A stretch of DNA of 63,111 nucleotides, filler included, from Hausera hauseri (Eukaryota): assembly GCA_046269625.1 (NCBI GenBank). It is 11 parts of 11 records of this genome, joined end to end, with 100 filler letters (N's around TTAATTAATTAA, not from the genome) between each part and the next. Parts side by side here need not be neighbours in the genome. Positions count along the whole stretch, not along the records: positions 6,815 to 14,486 come from JBJURY010001348.1; positions 14,587 to 20,545 come from JBJURY010162643.1; positions 20,646 to 27,232 come from JBJURY010083991.1; 8 more parts are not named here. One strand, 5' to 3'. The notes below the pieces were generated by a model. That model saw only the letters and a list, made by a program, of their open reading frames with translations. It was not told the origin of the DNA and did not search any database. The position numbers and the translations under genes are program-made. This document shows, piece by piece, positions 12,700 to 23,600 of the stretch. The number at the start of each line of letters is the position of its first letter. Position 1 is the stretch's first letter.

Positions 12700-14486
12700 A
12701 GTGACGTAGAGGTCGGGATGGTAGAGATGCGATCTACTAATATGTAGACCAACGCTTCAAGAGACATATTTGAGAAAAAACTGATGCACAAAGAATACCA
12801 GAAAGGTGACAACGTGGAAACCTTTATTGGAAAATGCAAGAGATACATCGACTTCATAAAGATGTCGGAGGCGGACCGAAAAACCGCGGTCCTGTGAGAT
12901 TTGGCGGAAGAAGCACAGGTAAATACCATCTTATGAGCCAGAAGGTTAAAGGGTACCAAAACCAGTTGAGAAAAGCTTTTTCAAAACCCACAACGCTATG
13001 CGGCGATCTAAGGGAGGCCTTTAACTACAGAATAAAGGGGGCAGATCCAACTGCCTACTTCAACAAAATAGAACAGCTGGCGAATAGCATCCTTAGGCAC
13101 AAAATAACACTGGAAGCACTAACACAGGAATTGATAATCCACTGTTGCGACAATCCGGAGAGGAGAAAGGAAATCTACCGCAGCGACGTAGAAATGTAAA
13201 ACAAATTAAAGCGAAAATACAGAAAGTCACGAAGTGGCCACAAAGATGAAAGAAATAAATACAGTCAGGGAATGGTCGATGGAGTTATCGGCATGTGGTG
13301 GTGCACAAATTTGACAAATCAAGACAGGAAAGGAGGGATTTTAAATCACACAATACACAGGCAAAGAGGTTGGTGAAATGCTGGTCGTGCCAAAAGGATA
13401 GGCATAAAAGCCGGCCATGCAACTTACAACAGGCACCAAGATGTTTTGGTTGCGTGAAAGAAGATCAAATTAACAGGAGTTGTCCGGAAAGGAAACCCAT
13501 AATATGCTATGGGTACGATCAGCAAGGACACATAAACTGCATAAACATAAAATGTAACAGATGTCACAATAAAGGTGCAGGAAAGAAGAATGCTATACAA
13601 AATTGGACAAGAACAGAAGAAAACAAAAAACGTATACCGACAATTTCAAACGTGCGCGGTGAACAGCAGACACGCATTCGTTGCAAATATTGATGACGAC
13701 TATGAAGAATCAATCACAGAGTCGACAACCCCAAAATGCAGAGCCTCGACAGAAGTGAAGCTAGTCGGGACATTATATTAAACAACTCCAAAGACTCCCA
13801 AAATATTCAAAGGAATGGACAAGGTATTGAAAAAATGAAGGAAAGAACAGTGGAAAAGGTACGGAGATTCATAAAAAACGAAACGTTTGCGGACAGAAAC
13901 GAAGAAGTACGATTTACAGAAAGTCAAAACGACAGCTTCCATGAAGAGAGGATTTTTTTCCTTGGAAGGATTAACGGAAAAGAGTATCACGTATAATAAA
14001 CTACAAGGACACCCAGGTATAAAAATAAAGATACAAGATAGATGGAAAGACTGCCCATTGGACAAAGGGGCATGGATAAACGTGATGAGTAGGAAGATTT
14101 TTGAAAGATTGACAGATTTCCGAATGGAGAAATTAGATATCGTACTTTGTTGTGCAAATGATGTCCCACTATATTGCATGGGTAAACTGTCCGTAAATGT
14201 GCAACTCAAGGGAGTANNNNNNNNNNCACCGGAAATAATAGGAGGAATGGAACTGCAAAAGACTTTTGGAATTGAATTACGTTGGATACAGAAACAAAGA
14301 GAGGAAGAAACGTATGATGCATGCAACTTAGAAGCAAAATTTGGTCGAAAAGTGACGAATGAAGATCGATTCAAAAGAGCAAAGGAGATTCTGCGGATAA
14401 ACGAAAACTCAGCGGTATGGGATATAGTATGGAAAAACCAAGAATTCTTTATCGCCGACAAGTAAGATATCGGCTGTACAACATTG
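12700..14486 (+). mobile_element. Second Gypsy family: decayed gag (several CCHC knuckles) and protease
   Basis: CWSCQKDRHKSRPC and CFGCVKEDQINRSC knuckles; eroded protease LDKGAWINVMS...IIGGMELQK; contig ends just before RT. Confidence 0.8.
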
Positions 14487-14586
14487 NNNNNNNNNNNNNN
14501 NNNNNNNNNNNNNNNNNNNNNNNNNNNNNNTTAATTAATTAANNNNNNNNNNNNNNNNNNNNNNNNNNNNNNNNNNNNNNNNNNNN

Positions 14587-14838
14587 ATTTTTAAAAAAAG
14601 TAGCCAATTTAATTCGTCTGTGATAATTTTGTAAGTCAAATTTAGTCTCTAATTGGTTGTTTAAGTTAAAATTTGGGGTTGGAATAAAGGTTAAGCCTCT
14701 CTCCAAAATTTGTTTCTGAACCGTACTTAATTGGAAGTTTTTAGCCAAATTAATAACATTTCTTTTGACCAGATTAGCTGTATTTTTATTACTTAGTTGC
14801 CCCTCCAACTGGTGGCTTATGGGGCTAATAAGTTTAAA
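14587..14838 (-). CDS. N-terminal part of the PLE RT ORF (continues at 20468 through the circular join)
   Basis: VINLAKNFQLS..QKQILERGLTFIPTP and YHRRIKL are conserved PLE N-terminal motifs; no ATG in this part. Confidence 0.85.
14795..14838 (-). promoter_or_regulatory. Candidate -1 ribosomal frameshift signal: T_TTA_AAC plus downstream stem
   Basis: Heptamer at 14838-14832 is in X_XXY_YYZ phase with ORF1; 6-nt spacer; GCCCC (14825-14821) can pair with GGGGC (14803-14799). The -1 frame is the RT ORF. Confidence 0.7.
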
Positions 14839-16847
14839 TACGAGGCCCAAAGGGCAAAAATGCTCTTAGCTGTGTCCTTTGTCCAGTGTATGTTGTCAGT
14901 CTCTGTCTTGAAGTCCGTGTTCGGTAATTTTGGTAGGTAAGGAAGTTTTGTTTTGATGTGATTATTTAAAATCTGCAATGTAGCTCTGTCTGATGAGCAC
15001 AAGTTTGGAGAATAGTTGATTAAAGGAATCCAAATGTCTGCATTTGGAAACCTTGTTCTAGCTACTCTGATGGCAGCTGAGAGTTGCCTAATCGCAGTTT
15101 CATTGGCTGATTGTCGTCTGTTATTAATGCCAAAAGACATCACCAACAATTTCAGCTCCAAGGAACCATCTGATTTTTTTAGCAACGCTTCAGCATGCCT
15201 AAAGTTAGCTCCAGGAAAGCACTCAATCTGGAGATCTTCAACTGAGTGAGTTGGGAAGTTAGCTAAATTGGAATCTCCAATTATTAGCCACTTTTTTGTC
15301 ACATTTAAACCCCAATCAATCAGCTTCCTTTGAGTGTTTGGATTCCTGTGTACTTTAAAAACTCCAACAGGTGTAGATGTTACTCTGTCAGCTAATTGAC
15401 TAGCTTGATCCAGAGCTTGGTCCATACTAGACTCCCTCATAAACTCATTCTCCAAACTTGCAGTGATCTGATCCTGTGCCTCGGGACTGCTGGTAAGGTC
15501 AACCACTGGGGTCACGTCCAACTGTCCAGACGGCAGCCTGTCCGGTGTTTGGGATGAGGTCGGCGTCTCCACGTTCTCCGGTGGATCAAAAAGATCAGCA
15601 GAACCCACAGACTCATCAAGGGCCTGCTGGCTCGAACTGGGCCTTCCGCACACCGGTCTGCGAACCACCGAGTCCTCACTGTCACTCCCGTCAGTCGTCG
15701 CCCCCCCAGTCCTAAAGTCAGTCATTGTTCCCACATCACACAATGTTTTGGTTTCATGAGCTGCAGCTAACATGCTAGTCTGAACTGCTACTCCTTTAGC
15801 TGCTCTCTTCCTTTGTGTGTTGGTTTGTGTGACTTTTTTAACACAGGTCTTCAAAATGTTCCTCACTTTAACCAAAACTTCGTCAGTCAGTCTCGTCAGG
15901 TATTTCTTGCACCTTGTTGTTGCTGTGTCAAAAAGTACAGTCCAGTCAGAGTCCAGTTGTCCTGAAAGTTCGCCTGTCATTTCGTCAATCTGCTTGTCAT
16001 AGTGAGCCTGAAGAATGCTAATAGTAGCATCCCCCCACGCTCTAGCGTTTTCAGCCACCAGTCTTAATGTGTCATCTGTTGGACAAGCTGGTTTCACCAT
16101 ATTGGTTAGATTAACCACCATCCTCGAAATCATTTTAGGTTCTGGCTTGTTGTCTGACAGACACACATTCTCACGGTGATGAAACAACTTTATCATCTGT
16201 TCCATTTTAGTAAGCAGTTGTTTATTAGCAGGCTCTGACTCGACTCTGACTGGCTGGTTCCTAACCCTTTTCAACTGGACCTGTCTGGGGACAAATCCAG
16301 CAGGCCTTCCTGCTGTCACATCAGCATAAGACCTAACAGTAAGGACCTGAGGACCAGGCCTGGCCTCAGTCTCACTCCTTGCTGGTTCATGTCGTTGAGT
16401 AACTCGTTTAGGCTTTGGTTGTGGATCAGCTAACCTCTTACGTGGTTTAGTTGCAGAATCCCACCTGCCTTCCTCGTTCCTCAACTCAACAAACTCCCTC
16501 CTTTTAAAATGTGCCCTCTCCGGTTTTCCCGGAGGGGCAGAGTCCCTACATCCGTAGGGTCTCTTTCTCTTTTCCCCTCTCTCACCTTGTCTGTCCCACA
16601 CACTGCTCCTTGGAGCTGCATTGTAGTGAGGCTGATTAGAAGGAGGCCGTATGTAGGCCCTTTGACCCAGGGGAGGAACCGGCCAGTCAGAGTCAAAGTG
16701 GCGAGGATGCCCTCTAAAAGGGGCATTAAAATGCCTATCCTCCCTCCAGTAGGGCTTCCGGCTGTGGGCACGCGGGGGGCGTTGTGGACGACGAGGTCGT
16801 CCTCTTGGCCCAACCATAGTCCACCCCTCCTCTTCATCAGACCTCAT
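14817..16847 (-). CDS. PLE ORF1 (676 aa): basic N-terminus, helical core, C-terminal SGNH/GDSL hydrolase
   Basis: Intact ORF with all four SGNH blocks: IIGDSNL, FPGA, FGINN, DNIH. Confidence 0.85.
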   Translation of the reverse strand: MRSDEEEGWTMVGPRGRPRRPQRPPRAHSRKPYWREDRHFNAPFRGHPRHFDSDWPVPPLGQRAYIRPPSNQPHYNAAPRSSVWDRQGERGEKRKRPYGCRDSAPPGKPERAHFKRREFVELRNEEGRWDSATKPRKRLADPQPKPKRVTQRHEPARSETEARPGPQVLTVRSYADVTAGRPAGFVPRQVQLKRVRNQPVRVESEPANKQLLTKMEQMIKLFHHRENVCLSDNKPEPKMISRMVVNLTNMVKPACPTDDTLRLVAENARAWGDATISILQAHYDKQIDEMTGELSGQLDSDWTVLFDTATTRCKKYLTRLTDEVLVKVRNILKTCVKKVTQTNTQRKRAAKGVAVQTSMLAAAHETKTLCDVGTMTDFRTGGATTDGSDSEDSVVRRPVCGRPSSSQQALDESVGSADLFDPPENVETPTSSQTPDRLPSGQLDVTPVVDLTSSPEAQDQITASLENEFMRESSMDQALDQASQLADRVTSTPVGVFKVHRNPNTQRKLIDWGLNVTKKWLIIGDSNLANFPTHSVEDLQIECFPGANFRHAEALLKKSDGSLELKLLVMSFGINNRRQSANETAIRQLSAAIRVARTRFPNADIWIPLINYSPNLCSSDRATLQILNNHIKTKLPYLPKLPNTDFKTETDNIHWTKDTAKSIFALWASYLNLLAP

Positions 16848-17147
16848 TTTTATTTATTTTCTCTTTTTGGAGATGTGTGTGTGTGTAAGTGTGTGAGTGT
16901 GGTGGTGGGGAATGAGTGTGGGAGTGCTTGTGAACGTTTTTTTAATTTATTTTTTTATTTTATTAATTTTTTTGTTTATTTTTCTAATTTTATGATTGTT
17001 TTTTGTCTTTTTTAATTTAATTTTATCAATTTTTTATTGTCTTTTTTTATTTTTATGAGTTTTTTTGGTCTTTTTAATTTATTTTTAATATAATTTGGAG
17101 GTTTGAATTAAAATGTGAGCACTAAAAAGTGCTGTTTATTTTTAAAT

Positions 17148-17205
17148 GTGCCAACTCTCGCGACGTTTCGATCCCGTGGGATCTTCCTCAGGCTTAGGTT
17201 GGCAC
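17148..17205 (-). ncRNA. Minimal type I hammerhead ribozyme
   Basis: Minus strand reads GTGCCAAC-CTAA-GC-CTGAGGA-A-GATCC-CACG-GGATC-GAAA-CG-TC-GC-GAGA-GTTGGCAC: CUGANGA and GAAA boxes, 5-bp stem II, palindromic stem III, GUC site, extended stem I. Confidence 0.9.
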
Positions 17206-17689
17206 CTGGTCTAAATGTTGCACGAAGCACAGTTAAAAACTGCTTGCACGCACTGTGAACCTCGCTTTCAGAATTCAAAGAATAAACTCGTTCTATCAAC
17301 CTCCTCTGTCTGTGTCTCGCTGTGGAATGAACCAGGAAACTCGGTGAGTCAGCTTTTAAGCAGGAGCGGGTGCCCCTCCCGTCCTGTGTCGCTGGCCCCA
17401 CCCTCTCCGGTACAGCTGACCCGGAGAAGCAGCTTCTGCTGCAGGGAGACCTATGTGACTCCTTTATTTTAATTTAATTTGGCCAAATTGAACTTTAAAA
17501 ATATTTCAAATTAACAATCTTATTTAAAACCCTCCCAATTAATTTTCCTGATTCAAATTTAAATAATTTAACCCAATTTAATAAATAAAATGCCAATTAA
17601 TTCTCTAATAAATCCCAATTTGACTATATAACTAACTTTAAATCTGTGATAAAAATTAAATAACTAACCCTATCCTATATTAATTTGGT

Positions 17690-18330
17690 GAAGCATCTTT
17701 AACGATGTTCAAATTGATAAAATTTAATAAAATTAACTCATAAAACCCCCTTAGGAAACCTCTTTAACGATTGTTTCCTAAGTTTAAAGTACCCCCTAAA
17801 ACATCTTTAACGATGTCTTAAATAAATATAAATTATTCTAAATTTAGCTAAACCCAATTAAAAAATGACTCTTTTAACAGTAGTCATGTTCAATATAATA
17901 ATTCTAATTAACCCCAATTAAAAAATGAAAAAACATCTTTAACGATGTTTTACAAAATAATTAATTTCATGCCGACTAAATTTAGTTATGCCCAATTAAA
18001 ACCAAGATCCCTTTAACGGGGTCCTGGCTGCCCTGATGCTTTCCCGGTTCCCTCACCTGTGGACCAATCAGATTTCGTGAGGTTAATATGGGGCGTCAAA
18101 AGCGAGTGGTTAGCCTCAGGGCAGGCAGTCATGTCCAGGTGTCCTTCGGAGCCCCACCTATCAACAGACAGGTAAGTCACCTGGTTATTATGGGGCGTTT
18201 GGTAACTAATAACCATGGGTTGGTTAATTTCAGGCGATAATATACAAAATTTAAGCTAATATCAATTGGTTAATATGAGGCGTCGTGACTTAACCAGCGT
18301 CACCTCCTCTGGTTATTATGAGGTTTTTAA
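17690..18330. repeat. Two short-motif arrays in the PLE non-coding region
   Basis: (CA)TCTTTAACGATG-like unit about 4 times (near 17695, 17761, 17802, 17934); GGTTA(A/T)TATG(G/A)GGCGT-like unit about 4 times (near 18081, 18183, 18268, 18311). Confidence 0.75.
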
Positions 18331-18467
18331 CCCTCAAAAACAACCAGAAAACTAACAAATAAACATCGCCATGACAAAAACAAATTAACAAACACCGAGT
18401 GAGGTTTAAAAATAGAACTGAAGCCGTTCCGTTGTCGTGCGTATAAGCTAGCGTTTAACACCAGAAA

Positions 18468-20545
18468 TTACGGCTGCGGCTCTGACGTCACTGGATCCTG
18501 AGTCCAGAAAGAGGCTTGGATTTCACCCAGACCCAGGTTTCGGGTCCAGATCCTCCTAGCTTTTTCCCTTTCGGACTCAGTCCAGCCGTCATTTTTTTGC
18601 AAACCAGTAATTTTCCAGTTTCGTGAGTCGTGTTTGTGAGTGCGTTCGGTGTAACGCTGTTTTGACCCACAAAGTTGGACAATTTCATCCAGCTTACCCG
18701 AGATTGTGCCCTCACAGTCTTCCACAAATTCAAAACCACAAAGCTTACAAGTAATTAAAAACACACAATTTTTACACCATTCCGTGAACTTTTGCACTAT
18801 CGGAAATACTGTTTTGTTGTGTTTGTTTTTAATAAAACTTGAGCTTCTCATTTTTTCAGACCATTTTTCTTGTTTTCTTTCCAATTTACTGCCAAATTTA
18901 GCTCTTACCAATGAATCACTTAAATTTTTATTTCTCCTGTAGGCTGCCACCACCGTAGTGTCGCTCAGCACCCCGGAGCTCTGCAGGTAAGTTTCAAAAT
19001 TGTTTTTAATTTGTTGATTAAACCAAACATTTTTTTCTGAGAAGGTGGTTATGAAGGGGATCTTATCACCCTCCTTCACTATCCTCCTCTCAGAAACGCT
19101 TTTTAAGCAGGCCTTTAAAAAGCCTCTTGAATAACCTCTCCTTAATAGGGAGGTAAATAAAATAATGACTGCTTCCCAGAAATCCTCCTTTCTGGTACAA
19201 ATCCTCTGAAATCTAATCAGTTGAGACTTTACAATACCTTTAAAGGTATGTTGTGGGTGATAACTAGATTTGTGTAACAGGGCGTGGGTGTCTGTTACTT
19301 TAAAAAACACTTTGATGCTCAACTGTTGTGTAGCTAAAAAGTCAGGTCCCTTAAACACAGTTGTGTCCAAAAAGTCAATTGATTTGTCATCAATGACTTT
19401 TTTGCACTTAATTGATGGATCATGGCTATTAAGGATGGAAATAAATTCCTCAAATTCCTCCAAGGAATATTCCCAGATTCCAAAGATGTCATCTAAGAAC
19501 CTGTGATAACACATGGGTTTCTTAGTGCACTTTAAAAGGACTTCTGTTTCCCATTTAGCCATGAAAATGTTGGCATAAGCTGGGGCAAATCTTTTGCCCA
19601 TAGCTGTGCCTTTAATTTGGAGATAAAATTTAGAGTCAAATTCAAAATCATTTTTAGTCAAATTTATTTCTAATAGTTCTAAAATAGCCGAATCAGGTCT
19701 AATTGGGTCAGGATATTTTGAAAAACATTCTCTGACAGCTTGAAGGCCAGATGGAATGTCAATGTTTGTGTACAAACTGTCAATATCAATTGAAAATAAA
19801 AAAGAATTTGGAGGGACTCTGAGACTTTTAACAGTTTCTAAAAAATGATATGTGTCTTTAATGTAGGATTCGTGTTTTGTACCAAGAGGATTTAAATAAA
19901 AATCAATAAACTGGGCTGACCCATAGGTCTCTGACCCACAATCAGACACAATGGGTCTCCCAGCAGGGACTTCAAATGGAATAGACCATTTTTCAGGTTC
20001 TTTGTGGATCTTTGGGAGAATGTAGAACCTTCTAGGTCTAATTGGGCCATCTGGTTTTAAATATTCTAGTTGATTTTTTGTTATAATTTTGTCATTTGCC
20101 AATTGCTCAAAAATACGGTTCACAATAGGGATTGTTTCTGGATAAATTGGTTTATCCAATTCTTTGTAATATTGTTTGTCAGATAGTTGTCTCAATACTT
20201 CAAATTTATATTGTTCTTTAGATAAGATTACAATAGAGCTGCCTTTATCAGCTTTTTTCAGAACAATATCTTTATTTTTTGAGAGCTCCTTAAGAGCTTC
20301 TCTTTCAACTTCTGACATGTTAGAAGGAGGTCTGAGACTTTCTACTCCTAGCTCACAAACTTTATTGTCTTCCTGAATTAGGTAAGCCACTTCAAGTGGC
20401 AAATCCGCTAAATCAGGTGACCATCTTGATTTTGCTGAGAAGGGTGGAGGCTTAGACCTTCCTGTTTCATTTTTAAAAAAAGTAGCCAATTTAATTCGTC
20501 TGTGATAATTTTGTAAGTCAAATTTAGTCTCTAATTGGTTGTTTA
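18468..20545 (-). CDS. PLE reverse transcriptase with degenerate C-terminal GIY-YIG domain
   Basis: FYILPKIHK, GRPIVS, IDIDSLYTNI, QIKGTAMG..FAPAYANIFM, RFLDDIF, FLD, SYHP.HTFKGIVKSQ; open ORF; ends with an eroded endonuclease (CVFLITCKLCGFEFVED). Confidence 0.93.
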
Positions 20546-20645
20546 NNNNNNNNNNNNNNNNNNNNNNNNNNNNNNNNNNNNNNNNNNNNTTAATTAATTA
20601 ANNNNNNNNNNNNNNNNNNNNNNNNNNNNNNNNNNNNNNNNNNNN

Positions 20646-23600
20646 GTGTGGAAGGCGAAAGAGAGAGAGAGAGAAAGACGGCGAAGAGGGACAAGGCGCA
20701 AAAGAGCAAGAAGATGGAGAAGGCGAAGGAAAGTGGTTGGAAGGTGGTATACAAGAGATTGGAGTGATGAAATGGGTAGATGTACGAATTGGTAAAGTTG
20801 AAGTGGTGTTTGGCGGAGGATGTCTTGTAAAAGGAGAAAGCAAGTTGTCACCAGGGGATGAAGGAGATGTGAAAAAGCTTGAAGGTGCAAAATCGGATGG
20901 GGAAAAAGAGGCTGAACTGTCAGAAAAAACTGAAGTAGAAGTCTTGGGAGAAAACGTGGGCGAAAGTAGGATAAAGAATTGAGCAGTGATAGAAAGTGAA
21001 TTGTTGGATTGCTGCGCGTTGTATAAAGATCGTGGAGAAGTGATTTTGATGGGAGACGTGTCGTCAATGAAGAAAGCCGGCTTAGCTTTGTTGATGTGGA
21101 CTGTTACTTCTTTGTCGTCTTTGAGGATGATGATGTGGGAGTGTAAACGAATTACTTTGTAAGGACCAACATACTGAGGTTGAAAACCACACGGCGTCTG
21201 ATTCTTTAGCCATACGAACTTGGAAGTATATAAATCGTCGGGTATATAAGGTTTATTTCCGTGTAATAGTCTACAAAACGAGTCTTTGATGATCTCAATG
21301 AAGTGTTTCGGTGCCGCTTGTTTGGTTTCGTCTGTAGGAATATTGTCCAGCTCAGTCAGCACGAATAATGATCTGATAGAAGTGCCAAATAATGCTTCTG
21401 CAGGTGAACAGCCTGTAGAAGTAGATGGTGTTTTCAGCCAGCCAAGCAGAACTTACGAAAGGAGTATAGTCCAACTGCGATTGTACTCAGCAAGGATTTT
21501 AAGAGACGTTTTCATTGTTTGGTGAAAGCGTTCGAGAAGGCCGTTCGATTGGGGATGATATGGTGATGTGTGAATGTGGTTAATTCCCAATCGATTCACA
21601 AGAGCCTTAAACAGGTTGGATTCGAACTGTTGATCTTGGTCCGAAGTGATGTGGCGAGGTGATCCAAACCTGCTGATCCAAGTGCGGATGACAACGTCTG
21701 CGATTGTTTCTGTGTTGGTGCTCCGAAGCGAGGCAGATTCTACCAATCGCGAGGAACGGTCCATTATTGTGAGGATGAACTGATAGCCGTTGTCTAAGGG
21801 TAGTGGGCATACAAGGTCAATGTGAACGGATTCAAAACGAGACGTGCAGGGAAAATGATATAGTGGTGGCTTTAAATGCTTAGTAACTTTGTATTTTTGG
21901 CATGCCAAACATTGCCTAACCCATGCCTGCACGTCAGAGCGCATCGATGACCATACTACCTGGCGTTGTAAGAGTCGAAAAGTGGCCTTGGCACCAGGAT
22001 GATGCAATGAATAAATGTTGTTGAATGCTTCTTTTTGAAGCGATTCAGAAAGGATGAGCTTAGGATTATTAGGTTTGTAAGTGTCAAAGGCCACACCGTC
22101 GATGGTTTTGCACGATTTAAAAATTGAAGGATGTTAGGAGGTGGCTGGTTTTGTTAACGTTTGGACTGAGGGAAAATTGGTATAAAATCAATCGAGCTGA
22201 CCGATCGGTACAGAAAGTCAGCTACTAAATTGTCGACTCCGTTTAGGTGCTTAATTTCAAATTTAAATGTTGATAAATACGACATATGCCTCTCCTGATG
22301 TGGAGAAGGCGATTTCATGGTGAGAATTTGAAGCAAAAGCTTGTGGTCCGTTTGTATTATAAAAGTTCGTGCAGTTAGCAGATGCTTAAAGTGTTTTACA
22401 GCAAGGACCATTGCAAGCAACTCTCTGTTATAGGTGGAATATCTTTGCTCTTGTGCCGTGAATTTTCGACAGAAGAATTCCAATGGCTCATGGGATCCAT
22501 TTTTGACTTGATGGAGGACAGCACCTACAGTTGTTGTGGATGCATCCGTGGTTAAGAAAAGTTCTGCATGGGAGTCTGGATAGGCCAGGATTTCCACGGT
22601 TTTTAGATTATCTTTGAGGTGATCGAAAGCGTCAACTAGCTCGGCGGTCCATTGAATAGGCTGTTTTTTCTTTCCAGAGCTTAATGATGCAAATGGAGCA
22701 GTTAGAGTGGAACAATATGGAACATACTTATGAATAAAATGCAATATTACGAGAAAAGAACGCATCTTTGTTGATGTACGTGGTAGCTGTTTGTGTTTAG
22801 CTGTGTTATGCGCTCTGGCTGAGGTTAATGTCCGGAGGAGCTAATAACATGTCCTAGGAAGTTGACTTTATGTTGAAAAAAGAGCATTTGGCGAAATTAA
22901 TTTGCAAAATGTTTTGGTGCAAGCGTTGGAAGATCAAACGTAAGTGTTCGGAGTGTTGTTTCGAGGAGGACGATGCAATTAAGATACCATCGATATATGG
23001 ATAAGCAAAGTTTAAACCTGATAGGACTATATCAATATGCCTTTGGAAGGTCTGGGAAGCGCTACGGAGTCTAAAAGGTATGAAAAGGTACTCGAAATGT
23101 CCAAAAGGTGTAATGACAGCTGTTTTCGGAATGTCTGATGGGGCTACCGGAATTTGGTGGTATGCTTTGTTCAAATCAATGCAGGAAAAGATGGTCGAAT
23201 CATGTAGCCTGTGAAGGATATCGTTGATTAATGGTAGATGGTAGGCATCCATTGTTGTTATGATATTGAGTTGGCGGTAATCACCGCATGGGCGAAAGGT
23301 ACCATCTTTTTTGGAACCACATGCAGTGGTCTACACCACGGGGATTTGGATCTTCTGATTATTCCTGATCTTTCCAGTTCAAAAAACTCTGCCTCACTGC
23401 CTGTCTGCAGCGAGGCGATAGTGGGCGGACCTTTTGCCGTATTGGTCTTTGATGTGCTATTACTATGTGATGGAAGGTGGATTGAAGTGGTACAAATGAT
23501 TTGCCCTTTTGCAGCAGACGCGTGCAGGAAGATGAAATATATTGTTGTTGATCAGAAGGCAACGATGAAAAGTTATCCGTTGGTGTCGATGCATCGTGAC

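Larger units (their letters stand above)
14587..20545 (-). mobile_element. Penelope-like retroelement, one complete circularly permuted 5,882-bp unit
   Basis: Contig ends 14587-14663 and 20469-20545 are an identical 77-bp repeat, and the RT ORF reads through that join. Contains ORF1, RT, a GIY-YIG remnant and a hammerhead. Confidence 0.92.

Noticed and set aside
16509-17472. Antisense ORFs over PLE ORF1 and its leader
   Set aside because: Shadow ORFs of GC-rich or T-rich sequence with no domain signal.
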